Made by a program: the position numbers and the translations under genes. A DNA stretch of 63,743 nt, filler included, from Octopus bimaculoides (Eukaryota): the NCBI RefSeq assembly GCF_001194135.2. It is 6 parts of 6 records of this genome, joined end to end, with 100 filler letters (N's around TTAATTAATTAA, not from the genome) between each part and the next. Parts side by side here need not be neighbours in the genome. Positions count along the whole stretch, not along the records: positions 1 to 12,047 come from NC_069005.1; positions 12,148 to 30,695 come from NC_068982.1; 4 more parts are not named here. The stretch is one strand, 5' to 3'. Below are positions 11,989 through 22,252 of this stretch, one piece after another. Numbering within the stretch: position 1 is the first letter of the stretch; each line of letters starts with the position of its first letter. The notes beneath the pieces are model-generated. The model ran no database searches. It worked only from the letters and a program-made list of their open reading frames with translations, and was not told the origin of the DNA.

Positions 11989-12041
11989 CACGTGCTGAAG
12001 AAGGTGAGGCTATAATGCCAGTCCAGAAACCGGTCCACGTG
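11989..12041 (+). ncRNA. Type I hammerhead ribozyme (minimal, palindromic helix III)
   Basis: CACGTG (helix I) - CTGAAGA - aGGtgaGGC tataat GCCagtCCa (helix II) - GAAA - CCGG - TC - CACGTG. Helix III is ACCGGT; predicted GUC cleavage after 12035. Confidence 0.8.
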
Positions 12042-12047
12042 AGTCCA

Positions 12048-12147
12048 NNNNNNNNNNNNNNNNNNNNNNNNNNNNNNNNNNNNNNNNNNNNTTAATTAAT
12101 TAANNNNNNNNNNNNNNNNNNNNNNNNNNNNNNNNNNNNNNNNNNNN
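12048..12147. other. Assembly gap with six-frame-stop linker (44 N + TTAATTAATTAA + 44 N); identical gaps at 30696-30795, 44190-44289, 58464-58563, 62298-62397
   Basis: The same 100-nt construct occurs five times and the 12-mer has TAA in all six frames. Confidence 0.95.
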
Positions 12148-12520
12148 TCTCACATAAGAACGAGATACTGCAGCAGCCTCGGTTTCAGAGGACCTCAGCT
12201 CTTCAATGCCCTGCCAAAACATTTGAGAGACATGCAAGACATGGATGCGGAGGTCTTCAAGACAAAACTTGACGCTTTCCTCTCCACGATACCAGACGAA
12301 CCAATGGCTCGTAATGAGATGCAGTTTAGGGTAGCGATGTCAAATTCTCTTATACACCAGATGTGCCATCAAAACTCTTGATTGGACCATATCAGGTGGG
12401 GGAGAAGAGCCATGCAAGGAACGTGAAGAGAGCACAGCATAAAGACGGAAAATCACGGTGGTGCACCAGCATGACCGCAGCCACTTGTCTGAAACCCATA
12501 AATAAATAAATAAATAAATG
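12148..12520 (+). mobile_element. CR1-like LINE, 3' end with (TAAA)n tail
   Basis: RTRYCSSLGFRGPQLFNALPKHLRDMQDMDAEVFKTKLDAFLSTIPDEP..SNSLIHQ*; homologous to 15650-15880. Confidence 0.85.
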
Positions 12521-12722
12521 CATGTATATATATGTGTGTGTATGTATTTGTATATATATATATATATGTATGTATACATATACATGTATATGTATATATA
12601 TATCTATGTATGTATACATATACATGTATATGTATATATATATGTATATATGTATATGTACATATATGCATGTATGTATATGTACATATATGCATGTATG
12701 TACATGTATATATGTGTGTATG

Positions 12723-12778
<56 letters not shown>

Positions 12779-12801
12779 AGGATGGAAATACTTATTAAAA
12801 C

Positions 12802-13156
12802 CATTATCATTAATTTCGTTTTGTAACTAATTCTTATTTCATTCCTTTCAGTCGCCAATTCAAATTCAGAACTCCAGTTTACAAGTGCAACTTTGTTAGT
12901 ATTCAGTTCATTTCGTTCGTATGATTATCTACTCATTACTTCCTCCTTATATATCTAAGTAAACATCGCCCTCAATGGAGAAGCGTGGCGTTGTTTACTT
13001 AAATATACAGGGAGGGAGTAATTAGTAGATAATTATGTTAACGAAAGTTACTGAATACTAACATATTTACGCTTGTAAGATTCAGTACTGAATTTGAATT
13101 GGCGTGTGAAAGGAATAATATATAAATTAGTTAGGAAACGAAATTAATATAAAATG
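12802..13156. repeat. Foldback element: ~170-bp imperfect inverted arms around a 16-nt spacer
   Basis: Left arm 12802-12970 aligns by eye to the reverse complement of 12987-13156 (e.g. cgccaattcaaattcag / ctgaatttgaattggcg; tgttagtattcagt / actgaatactaaca; gattatctact / agtagataat). Confidence 0.85.
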
Positions 13157-13663
13157 ATTACAAAGAAGAAAACTAAAGGTACACATTTTAAATATTTAAA
13201 TATTTAAATATTATCCACTGATAAGTTCCAAATGACATAATATAATAATATCACTGGTTAAATTAAATAAATAATCCATATTCGCATCAAAACCTGTTCC
13301 ATGTATTTGATGACATTTATTGGACTCCGTCTAGAAAACTGATTCTCCTGATAATTTTTATTTATATATGCATGTATAGATATAGACGGACGATATGTAT
13401 GTATATGTATATATATATTTTTGTATCACCTAACTGTCTAGATGTTTTGCGTTCTTGTCCCATTTTTGTATTTCTTATATATAAAATATAGCGGCGTTCG
13501 TACACTTTGGTCTCATATATATATATATATATATATATAGTGTGTGTGTGTGTATGCATATATATATATGTGTATGTATGTAGGTGTGTGTGTGTATGTA
13601 TATATATGTGTGTGTATGCATGTATTTGTGTGTTTATGTATATGTATATATAATATATATATA

Positions 13664-13945
13664 CGAGGTCTGATCAATAAGTATCGGGACTGTTGCCATA
13701 GTAATGAAGCTAAAGAACACAGATTAAAGCGGCTTGGCACAGATTGACCTTAAACGCGGTTGTGCATGCGCACTAAGTTTTAATGTTCTAGCTCACTTCC
13801 ACCGTTTACCGCAGTGCTTGGAAGGAATGTGTGTAGCGTGTCATCGTCGCATTGACCATAGCAGGAAAAGTTGAGCAGAGAATCTGCTACAAATTTTACC
13901 CCAAACTTGACGATACCTCCTCAGAGGTCTACGCAAAATTTTCTA
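13664..13945 (+). mobile_element. Mariner transposon 5' end (TIR + start of transposase)
   Basis: TA|cgaggtctgatcaataagtatcgggactg terminal sequence; KVEQRICYKFYPKLDDTSSEVYAKF resembles the mariner N-terminal HTH; leader shared with the copy at 38262-38645. Confidence 0.8.
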
Positions 13946-14066
13946 AAAGGTTTCATTATCCTCGACACAATCAAGAAGATATTGTACAACTGAAACCCGA
14001 GTATCCCTTTGGTCAGCTGAAAGCAGTTTTGGGACAAATTTGACAAACATGTGTCTTATACCCGAG
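13940..14066 (-). mobile_element. Mariner transposase internal fragment in inverted orientation
   Basis: GIRHMFVKFVPKLLSADQRDTRVSVVQYLLDCVEDNETF (WVPHEL-equivalent linker region). Confidence 0.8.
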
Positions 14067-14067
14067 A

Positions 14068-14335
14068 CGCGTCTTATACTTGCAACATCATCTACTGCAT
14101 CTCTTGATCTCTCTTCCCTTCCCTCTACATCGGGCAAACGGGACGCCGCTTGGCTGACTGGTTCGCGGAACACCTCCGAGACATCCGACTCGGCAATGAC
14201 ACCCCGGCCTCACGCTATTTCTGCTCTGCCGGTCACTCTTTGCAACACCTGTCTTTGTTCAGATTGTCCTTACAGAGGGGCATCCGGACTCCCGTCTTCG
14301 CCGTGAACAGGGATTAATCTTCTCTCTTCGCTCCG
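14068..14335 (+). mobile_element. Penelope-like GIY-YIG endonuclease fragment
   Basis: CNIIYCIS*SLFPSLYIGQTGRRLADWFAEHLRDIRLGNDTPASRYFCSAGHSLQHL..SRLRREQGLIFSL; YIGQT at 14126-14140. Confidence 0.85.
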
Positions 14336-15181
14336 CATTCGACTCCACAAAAGTTGGTTCAGCTCACGTTGACAAATCATCATGTTCCCAGCAGGTGTAG
14401 AGACGTCATCGCTGATTACTACACCAATTTCAGGATGAGGATCTCTTCTGGATCAATAACATCACGCTGGCACAAGGTGGAAATCGGCATCATCACAGGG
14501 TGCACTATCTCTGTAACACTATTCTCCCTAGCCATAAACAAGCTTACCAAGTCTGCTCAGCCAGAGTGCAGAGGGCCCCTGTCGAAATCCGGACAAAGCA
14601 ACCACCCATTAGGGCGTTCATGGATGACCTCACAGTCATGTCAGAATCAGCCCTAGGCTTCCAGTGGATTCTGCAGTGACCCGAAAAGGTGATGGAGTAG
14701 GCTCGGATGCATTTCAAACCAACCAAATCAAGGTCTATGGTACTGAGGAAAGGGAAGGTGGAGGACAAGTTCCGGGTTAACATCTCAGGAACAGCAATTC
14801 CAACAACCACAGAGAAGCCAGTCAAGAGCTTGGGCAAGGTTTTCGACAGCTAATTGAGAGATACTACATCTATCCCATCGGCCTGCACTGAGTCGGATGG
14901 CTGGCTGAAATCCGTGAACAAGTCAGGTCTACCTGGGAAGTTCAAAGCCTGGGTCTATCATCACGGCATTCTTCCCAGGATTCTGTGGCCCCTCCTTGTA
15001 TATGCAGTCCCCATCTCAACAGCAGAGACTTTAGAGAGGGGGGTCAGCAACCACCTCCGGAGATGACTTGGATTATCAAGGAGCCTGAGTAGCATCGCAC
15101 TCTACGGCAACAACGCCAAACTGCAGTTGCCCTTCAAATTATTGGAAGAGGAATTCAAGATGTCAAGAGTCAGAGAAGTGC
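14335..15181 (+). mobile_element. RLE-type non-LTR retrotransposon RT fragment, HERO-like
   Basis: LTNHHVP..EIGIITGCTISVTLFSLAIN..ECRGP..RAFMDDLTV (FMDD at 14617-14628)..FKPTKSRSMVLRKGKV..EKPVKSLGK..KSGLPGKFKAWVYHHGILPRILWPLLVY..LSRSLSSIALYG..LQLPF..EEFK. Clade assignment is from recalled motifs. Confidence 0.8.
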
Positions 15182-15970
15182 AATTCCAGAGACACAGTCA
15201 GTGCGAGACCTTAGCATTTACATGAGTAATGATGCATCCTTTCATGTGCATAATGCTAAGTTGGCAATGAAATGCCGGCAGTTGAACGGATGAATTCTTA
15301 GAACTTTTTGAACTAGAGATCAGGAAACCATGATGGTCCTCTGTAGGACACCTGTGCTAAGCCACTTCGACTATCGCTTCTAGCTATGGTCAACAACCAG
15401 TGTCAAATTAATCGAAGAACTTGAGGTAATCCAACGAACCTACACGAAGAAGATAGCCTCTATGCAGCATGTAATCTACTGGGAGAGACTCAAGAGATTA
15501 ATCTCTTTATTCCTTAAAGCGCAGGCGAGAAAGATATGCCATAATATACATCTGGAAGAACCTGGAAGAACTTGTCTCAAACTTTGGCATCGAGAGTTAC
15601 ACTAATACTAGATCAGGGCGCCACTGATTAGTGCAAAGAACTCCAAATTTGCCATCAAGATATAGAACAAGATACTGCAACAGCCTGGGCTTTAGGGGAC
15701 CACAGCACTTCAACATCCTCCCGAAGGACTTGAGAGACCTGCATGGGGTGAATGTAGGCGTTTTCAAAATGAAACTGAACCTCTTACTGTCAAGTGTCCC
15801 GGATGAACCAACTTCACAGTAGGAAGTGCTGATGATGGTAACGGCATCAAACTCCCTCATGCACCAAATGTCAATTTCTAAAAAGAATCAGTGAAGTAAA
15901 ATTATGTAGCAACACCAAATGGCAGTGCCCCAGCATGGCCACGGCTCATAAGCTGAAACTAGATCAAATC
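15182..15970 (+). mobile_element. 5'-truncated CR1-like LINE (RT thumb to 3' UTR)
   Basis: SVRDLSIYMSND..ILRTF*TRD..LEVIQRTYTKKI..YWERLKRL..RRRERYAIIYIWK..RGPQHFNILPKDLR..FKMKLNLLLSSVPDEP..SNSLMHQ; contains stops and frameshifts. Confidence 0.85.
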
Positions 15971-16047
15971 ATGTATATATGCATATATATGTATATACAT
16001 ATGTATATATGTATATATATATATATATATGTATGTATATATGTATA

Positions 16048-16081
<34 letters not shown>

Positions 16082-16170
16082 TATATATAATATATATGTA
16101 TATATATGTGTATATATGTGTATATATGTATGTACATATATATATATATTTATATATACACATATATATG

Positions 16171-16201
<31 letters not shown>

Positions 16202-16337
16202 ATATATATGTTTGTATGTATATACTTGTATAAATATATACATATATATATGAATGCATATATGTGTGCATATATACATATATATGTATGCATATACATA
16301 TATATATGTATATATACACACATATATGTATATGTGT

Positions 16338-16405
<68 letters not shown>

Positions 16406-16415
16406 ATATATATGT
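15970..16415. repeat. Compound (TA)n/(TATG)n microsatellite
   Basis: Directly visible. Confidence 0.95.
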
Positions 16416-16557
16416 AAGTAATTGTATTTAAATATTGGATATATACCTAGTAGTTAACTGGTGAAGCATGTCCACGCCTATGGCTACCTGACGTCATCGA
16501 CAGCATTTACACAATTATCGCTGGATGTACCTCAGGATTCCTCAGCGTTCGTCGAGT

Positions 16558-16971
16558 ATATAACAAATGACAGAGACTGAAAATACGAGAAACCTTATTG
16601 CTCACAACGATCGTTGTGGGGTACTGTACAACTGGTTGTGATGCATCTCTCGGGACAAAAGTTTCTCATCAGGTGATTTTTACACGGAGTATCTCGTTAA
16701 TACATCCGATTTCGCTCGGTTCTAATACAGCATGTTGTTAGTGACCGTAGGCTTAAGCCGTTGGGTAGGAATGGCACACTGTATAAGAACCAAACGAAAG
16801 TGGGCTTATTTAACGAGATGCTCCTTGGAAAATCATCTGACGAGACTCTTCTGCACCGCGTAATACACCACGACTACCCGCGAGGGATCGATGCAAAAAG
16901 GGTCGTAACGATCGTTGTGAGCAATAAAGTTTTTCGTGTATTCCATTTTCTGTCTCTATCATTTGCTATAT
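16558..16971. mobile_element. Putative MITE with ~60-bp imperfect TIRs
   Basis: atataacaaatgacagagactgaaaat..acgagaaaccttattgctcacaacgatcgtt (16558-16615) is the near reverse complement of aacgatcgttgtgagcaataaagtttttcgtg..attttctgtctctatcatttgctatat (16907-16971). Confidence 0.65.
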
Positions 16972-18114
16972 GTATATGTCATTTCGGTCACTTTGTATAG
17001 CGCGCACGTACGTATGTGTGTTTACCTTTTCCAACTATTCACTTGGAGGACTGACCACTCAATGGGCATTTAGTGAAGAAATTCATTTATTTGTATGTCT
17101 GAAATCATCATCACCCTATAAGAACGTTTCCTATCGGCTGGTCTTTGTTTCTTTGCAATGAGAAATTATTTGAGACAAAAAAATAAATAAATAAAAAGAG
17201 AAACAAAAAAATTTTCTGTAATTAATTTTAAATATTTAATTTAATTTTAGATTCAGCACTCAATCCTTCTATATTTACAGACAAGCTCTTTCGACATTTC
17301 GTGTCATCTTTGGAACAACGTGTTCCAGACAATTTGGTATCTATATTAATTAAATAAATATATTAATATTCGAGCAGTATAGATAAAATTAAAAATTAAT
17401 AAAAATAGATAAAAATATTTGATGGCTATGAATAGAAATTTTGTATAGAGATTTGGCGAAGTATAATGAACATAGAAAAAATACATAAGTGAGCAAACAT
17501 GTAACACCCACAGAAAGAACGAAATAAAATTCTTTTCCCATAATTACTCTAATGACCATCTCGCTGAAAATTGCATTTCTTCTTACTCTCTAGTCTTGTA
17601 TATCAACCTTGGTTCTTTTCTATATAATTCGAAAACTACTATGAAATTTATAATTTTTTATCAAATATTTTCTCTCCTATTATCAGATTTTATTTTTTAT
17701 TAATTCTTGTCCAGTATGATATTATAAATAATAAATTACATGGAACACTTTAACACATTATTGATAAATCGAGGGCGATAATAAAATGTTATGCAAAGAA
17801 GAAGACCGCAAATCATTCGATGTCTCTCTCTCTCTCTCTCTCTCTCTCTAGCTAGCTAGCTAGCTATCTACACACATACATACATACATACATGCATACA
17901 CGCATGCATACATACATGCACGCATACATACATACACGCATATATACATACATACATATTGGCCCTAGTTATGTTTTTGGTTGACATAAATGTACATATA
18001 TGTACATAGATATGTTACCTTCTTTAGCATGCTCAAGATATATATATATATATATACGTTTTCAATTTATATATATATATATATATGTGTGTATGTGTGC
18101 TTGTGTGTGTATGC

Positions 18115-18151
<37 letters not shown>

Positions 18152-18850
18152 CGTGCGTGCGTCCGTGCATATGTATGTGCACAGGTATATAAATATATGC
18201 TAATATATATACGTACATACAAACATGCATACACAAGTACACGTTCACAGGCACATGTGTAAATGTATACTTCTATTATCATTTTTCCTTGAATGTAAAT
18301 ATTTGTTGTGTAAAATGTTATTCCTAGTTGTTTGTGCAGGTCACATGATGAAGTCAGTAGTTAGACGATTGTTAAGTGTTGCAACGATCACTGAACAGCG
18401 GCTAAGAGGAAAGCGGTAACATCGTAATCACGTATAAGAGTAGAGTCCATTGTTTTCTTTCGAAATTTCTCTGAAATTAAGGAAAGAGATCTTGAAAAAT
18501 TGTGGAATAAACAAGTGATGCATAAAATTGGCCAACAGAGCTCCATTTTTTTTACCAGTATGGAAGTTGTCTTTTTCGTAAGGGATTATTGCATTGCATT
18601 CGTCTGTTGCAATATGTACAACTTCTTATAAGTGAGGTTGTAAGATTCCCTTGAAAGATTTCAGCCAAGACGAGCTGAGCAAGAAGCAGATGAAAGGGAA
18701 CAATAGATCGTTGCGGAACTAGCAGCACCTCCGACAGAACCCAGAAACTGCTGTTTCCGGAGTTCCGAAGAGATATATACACATATTGTATCTTGCGTTG
18801 GACATATGGTATTGCTCCTGTGATTTTTCCACCCTTATGTATCCATTTTT

Positions 18851-18925
<75 letters not shown>

Positions 18926-19006
18926 CACATATATATTATATATACATACGTTATTGTATTTGTGTATGGGTTCTTGTTAATAAATGAAGCAATTATTATT
19001 ATTATA

Positions 19007-19228
19007 AAGGCGGTAAGCTGGCAGAATCGTTAGCACGCCGGGAAAAATGCTTAGCGGCATTTCGTCTGTCTTTACGTTCTCAGTTCAAATTCTGCCGAGG
19101 TCAACTTTGCTTTTCGACTTTAACTTTCATCCTTTCAGAGCCGATAAATTACATACCAGTGAAACACTAGGGTCGATATACTCGACTAGTCCCCTCCCTC
19201 AAAATTTCAGGCCTTGTGCCTTATTATT
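19007..19228 (+). mobile_element. SINE family B
   Basis: ggcggtaagctggcagaatcgttagcacgccgg..cagttcaaattctgccgaggtcaactttgc..gccttgtgcc, followed by (tta)n. Confidence 0.9.
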
Positions 19229-19269
19229 GTCATTGTAAATATTGTTGGGTTTTGCTGTTGTTGTTAATG

Positions 19270-19477
19270 CTTGCCGGTAGAATCGTTATTACACTGGACA
19301 AAATGCTTGCCTGCATTTCGTCCATCTTTACGTTCTGGTTTCACATTCCGCCGAGGTCGACTTTGCTTTTCATCCCTACGCAATGGATAAAATGAGTATT
19401 AGTGAAACACTTGGGTCAATGTAGTCGACTAACCCCGCCCCCACCATATCCCACAAAATTTCAAGCCTTATGAACGG

Positions 19478-19523
<46 letters not shown>
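19270..19523 (+). mobile_element. SINE family B with (ATT)n tail
   Basis: gtagaatcgtt..ccgccgaggtcgactttgcttttcatcc..ttgggtcaatgtagtcgactaacccc..(att)n. Confidence 0.85.
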
Positions 19524-19524
<1 letters not shown>

Positions 19525-19719
19525 CTGTACTATTATTCTCCTTGTTGCTGCATCAGTTCAAGTGTTTCGCTTTTAGCAACCTTAACTATAGCACGAAATC
19601 GAAAGCATAGGCGAAATGTTTAACATAAAGATACAATTTCCAGAAAACCTATAAAATTTATGCATCAAAACAAAAATAAGAACATTTATAAAGCGTGGAA
19701 TTTCTGCGGGTCCTACTAG
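19524..19719 (+). mobile_element. Putative non-autonomous mini-Helitron
   Basis: Begins A|TCTGTACTATT and ends with hairpin CGTGGAA-T-TTCTGCG (19694-19708) followed by ggtcctaCTAG|T; no TSD, and the (ATT)n tract resumes afterwards. Confidence 0.45.
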
Positions 19720-20540
19720 TAATTATTATTATTACAGATGGTAAAACACACTGACAAAAGAGAATCAATAAAGACAACTTGCTCACGAGACAAGTATTTT
19801 AATCGCCATTGTTGTGTACAAAACAAATATTTTATGTATCCCATGTGATATCAAGAAATACACAGCTTACAATTACTCAATATACAGCTTCTACTATAGT
19901 GACGCTGTTAAAATAATGTATTGAATATTTAAATATTTTAAGTCTACTCATGTTCTTTCTCTTCTTTAATTCTTTCATTGATTTTTTTTCTTCTGTGTTT
20001 ATTTTCTCTTGTCTATATAATTGTTGGATTTATTGTCAGTTTAGTTTTTTCTTTATTCGATGTCGCTGCCATCGTTGGTAGTCACATGTTGTTGTGGTTG
20101 TAGTTGGTTAACGAGGTTTGGATACTTGAAAAACTGCGTCGATTTCCACGACGTCAAGTGAACCAGGCACAAAAACTAAGCTCGGTTATATAATTAAAAT
20201 ATTTCGATAATAACTACAACATCAATGGTAACAACAATATTAACAACAACAGTTACCATAGCAATAGCAATAACAATGATAATAATAATATATATGTTTT
20301 TGTATCACAAGTCGCGCGTCAGGTCTCCCGTATGTTTTAAAAAGTTTATGTTAAAAAATCCTTGCTTTGCGTTGTTGCTAAACTGACAAGGATTCTGAGG
20401 AATAAGCCTGTTTTATGTTTTGTTTCGGTAGTTTTTTAATTTTTCACCCTGGAACGTTGACATTTAAAAAGAAATTAAAGACTGGCATTGAAATTTTCGA
20501 TAAGATGCCAGAAGGTGGGTGAATAGTGTTTGCGACGGAA

Positions 20541-21400
20541 TGAGATCTGAAGAGACTGTGGTTAGCTTAAGTCGAAATTAAACGGACGGAATAAAATCGA
20601 ATCTATCAACAACTGGGTGGTTTCATTCCTTAGATACGGAGCAGGGGTAATCTCATGGACAGTAGACGAACTAAACAGCTTAGACAGAAAGACAAGGAAG
20701 TTGCTAACTAGATGTGGGTCACTACACCCAAAAAGTGACACAGACAGACTGTATGTACGAAGAAAAAGAGAGGGAAGAGCAGAAGAAAACAAAGAAGACG
20801 AAAGTATCAATTATCACTTTAATGTGTGCAGTATGCTACACAAAAAGAGCATAAGTGTTGACATGATTTTGTAGGCAAAGAGTGCATTGGAATGTTAGCC
20901 GCATGTATAGCTTCAAAATAACAGGAAAGTGGTATGAAAAATGAACAGAGGCTGTGACAGTGAATGAGAATCACAGAATACAATGGGACTACCCCATCCA
21001 TACTGATAATATATTGAAGCAAGAAAACCACATATGATTATACACGACAAAATAAGAAAACACTGTAAGATCGTAGACTTTGAAATTCCCTATGATAGCA
21101 GAACTGATACCAAATAAATTGAAAAAATTGAGGAATATAAAGACCTGAGATCTGAAGAGACTGTAGTTAACTAAGAGAATTATTCCTGTGGTAATTGGTG
21201 CAAAAAACACAACATCCAAAATGGTACCTGAAAAACTGAAAGATATTGAAATAGAAACTCGTATTGCCGAGCTGCAGAAAAGTACCGTCCAATATTCCGC
21301 AAGAATCTTAAGAAAGATCTTTGAGGTTTGAGGAGACTTTTTCACCAAACCTCAAGATAACATTTCTGCAAATTATATTAGCATGTACTAGTTTCATAAT
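20541..21400 (+). mobile_element. R4/Dong-type RLE-LINE, 3' portion with internal deletion and (TAA)n tail
   Basis: LKSKLNGRNKIESINNWVVSFLRYGAGVISWTVDELNSLDRKTRKLLT..LHPKSDTDRLYV; HD..VHW..WYE; WDYPIHTD..RKPH..VDFEIPYD..EKIEEYKDL..IPVVIGA..LQKS..ARILRKIFEV*. Confidence 0.9.
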
Positions 21401-21404
21401 AATA

Positions 21405-21615
21405 ATGGTTTCAAACTTTAACACAAAACCAACAGCTTAGAGGAAAGAAGTCGATTCTATCAATCGCATTATTTAACGTACTTATTATGTTGATCCCTAA
21501 GGGATAAAAGCATATTCGATTTCTGTGGAATTTGGATTCATAACATAAAGAACCGGAAGAAATGCTGCTAAACATTCTGCTCGATGCACTAACGACTCTG
21601 CAAGTTCGGCGTCTT
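21405..21615 (-). mobile_element. SINE family B, tail-to-tail with the R4-type LINE
   Basis: ggtttcaaactttaacac..agtcgattctatc..tacttattatgttgatccc..gcactaacgactctgcaagttcggcgtc. Confidence 0.7.
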
Positions 21616-22148
21616 ACTTTTGCCAGATTTTCGGTTTTGTCTAAGATGCCGTCTTGGATGTATTATGATTCACATTTTGTCGCTGGATGAAGAATATGAC
21701 AAAAGCAGAAAAGATTCATGGTTTGTGCTGCTTGAGGTAGCATGCTCCTCCACGGCATTTGCAAGAGGTGCGAGGTAAACTGTATTCTGAGTATTTTGGT
21801 TCTTCAGGTGTTTCTCTTTTGATAGATGTAACTGTGGTTTCGATATTAGTGTTGATCGAATGAGAGTTATATTTTGCATTTGTTCAGGATGTCTTGAACT
21901 GTTTAGTACCATTGCATTTGAGGTAACCTGATTTTATGTCATCTATTAATATAATCGACTTTGAAACCCTTTAATTTGAAAATGGCCAAGGAATTTGACA
22001 AGTGTTATCTGTACGTGACATTACCAACTATTTTCATGGAAGGAATATCATAAGAGGATTATCTTCAACTAAATTCCTCTACCATTTCCACACAGAAATC
22101 ATCTTATCTATAGTTTGTGGCACGATATGAATAGGCAGTTTCATAAAT

Positions 22149-22252
<104 letters not shown>

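Noticed and set aside
12092-12103. TTAATTAATTAA repeated five times in the window, each centred in Ns
   Set aside because: Always 44 N + 12-mer + 44 N. It is an artificial six-frame-stop scaffolding linker, not a biological motif.
16655-16680. CTGATGAGAAAC on the minus strand; also CTGATGA/CTGANGA hits at about 10338, 16837, 22499, 24831, 43150, 54680 and 61256
   Set aside because: No helix II, or no GAAA-helix III-UH-helix I arrangement follows, so they are not hammerheads.
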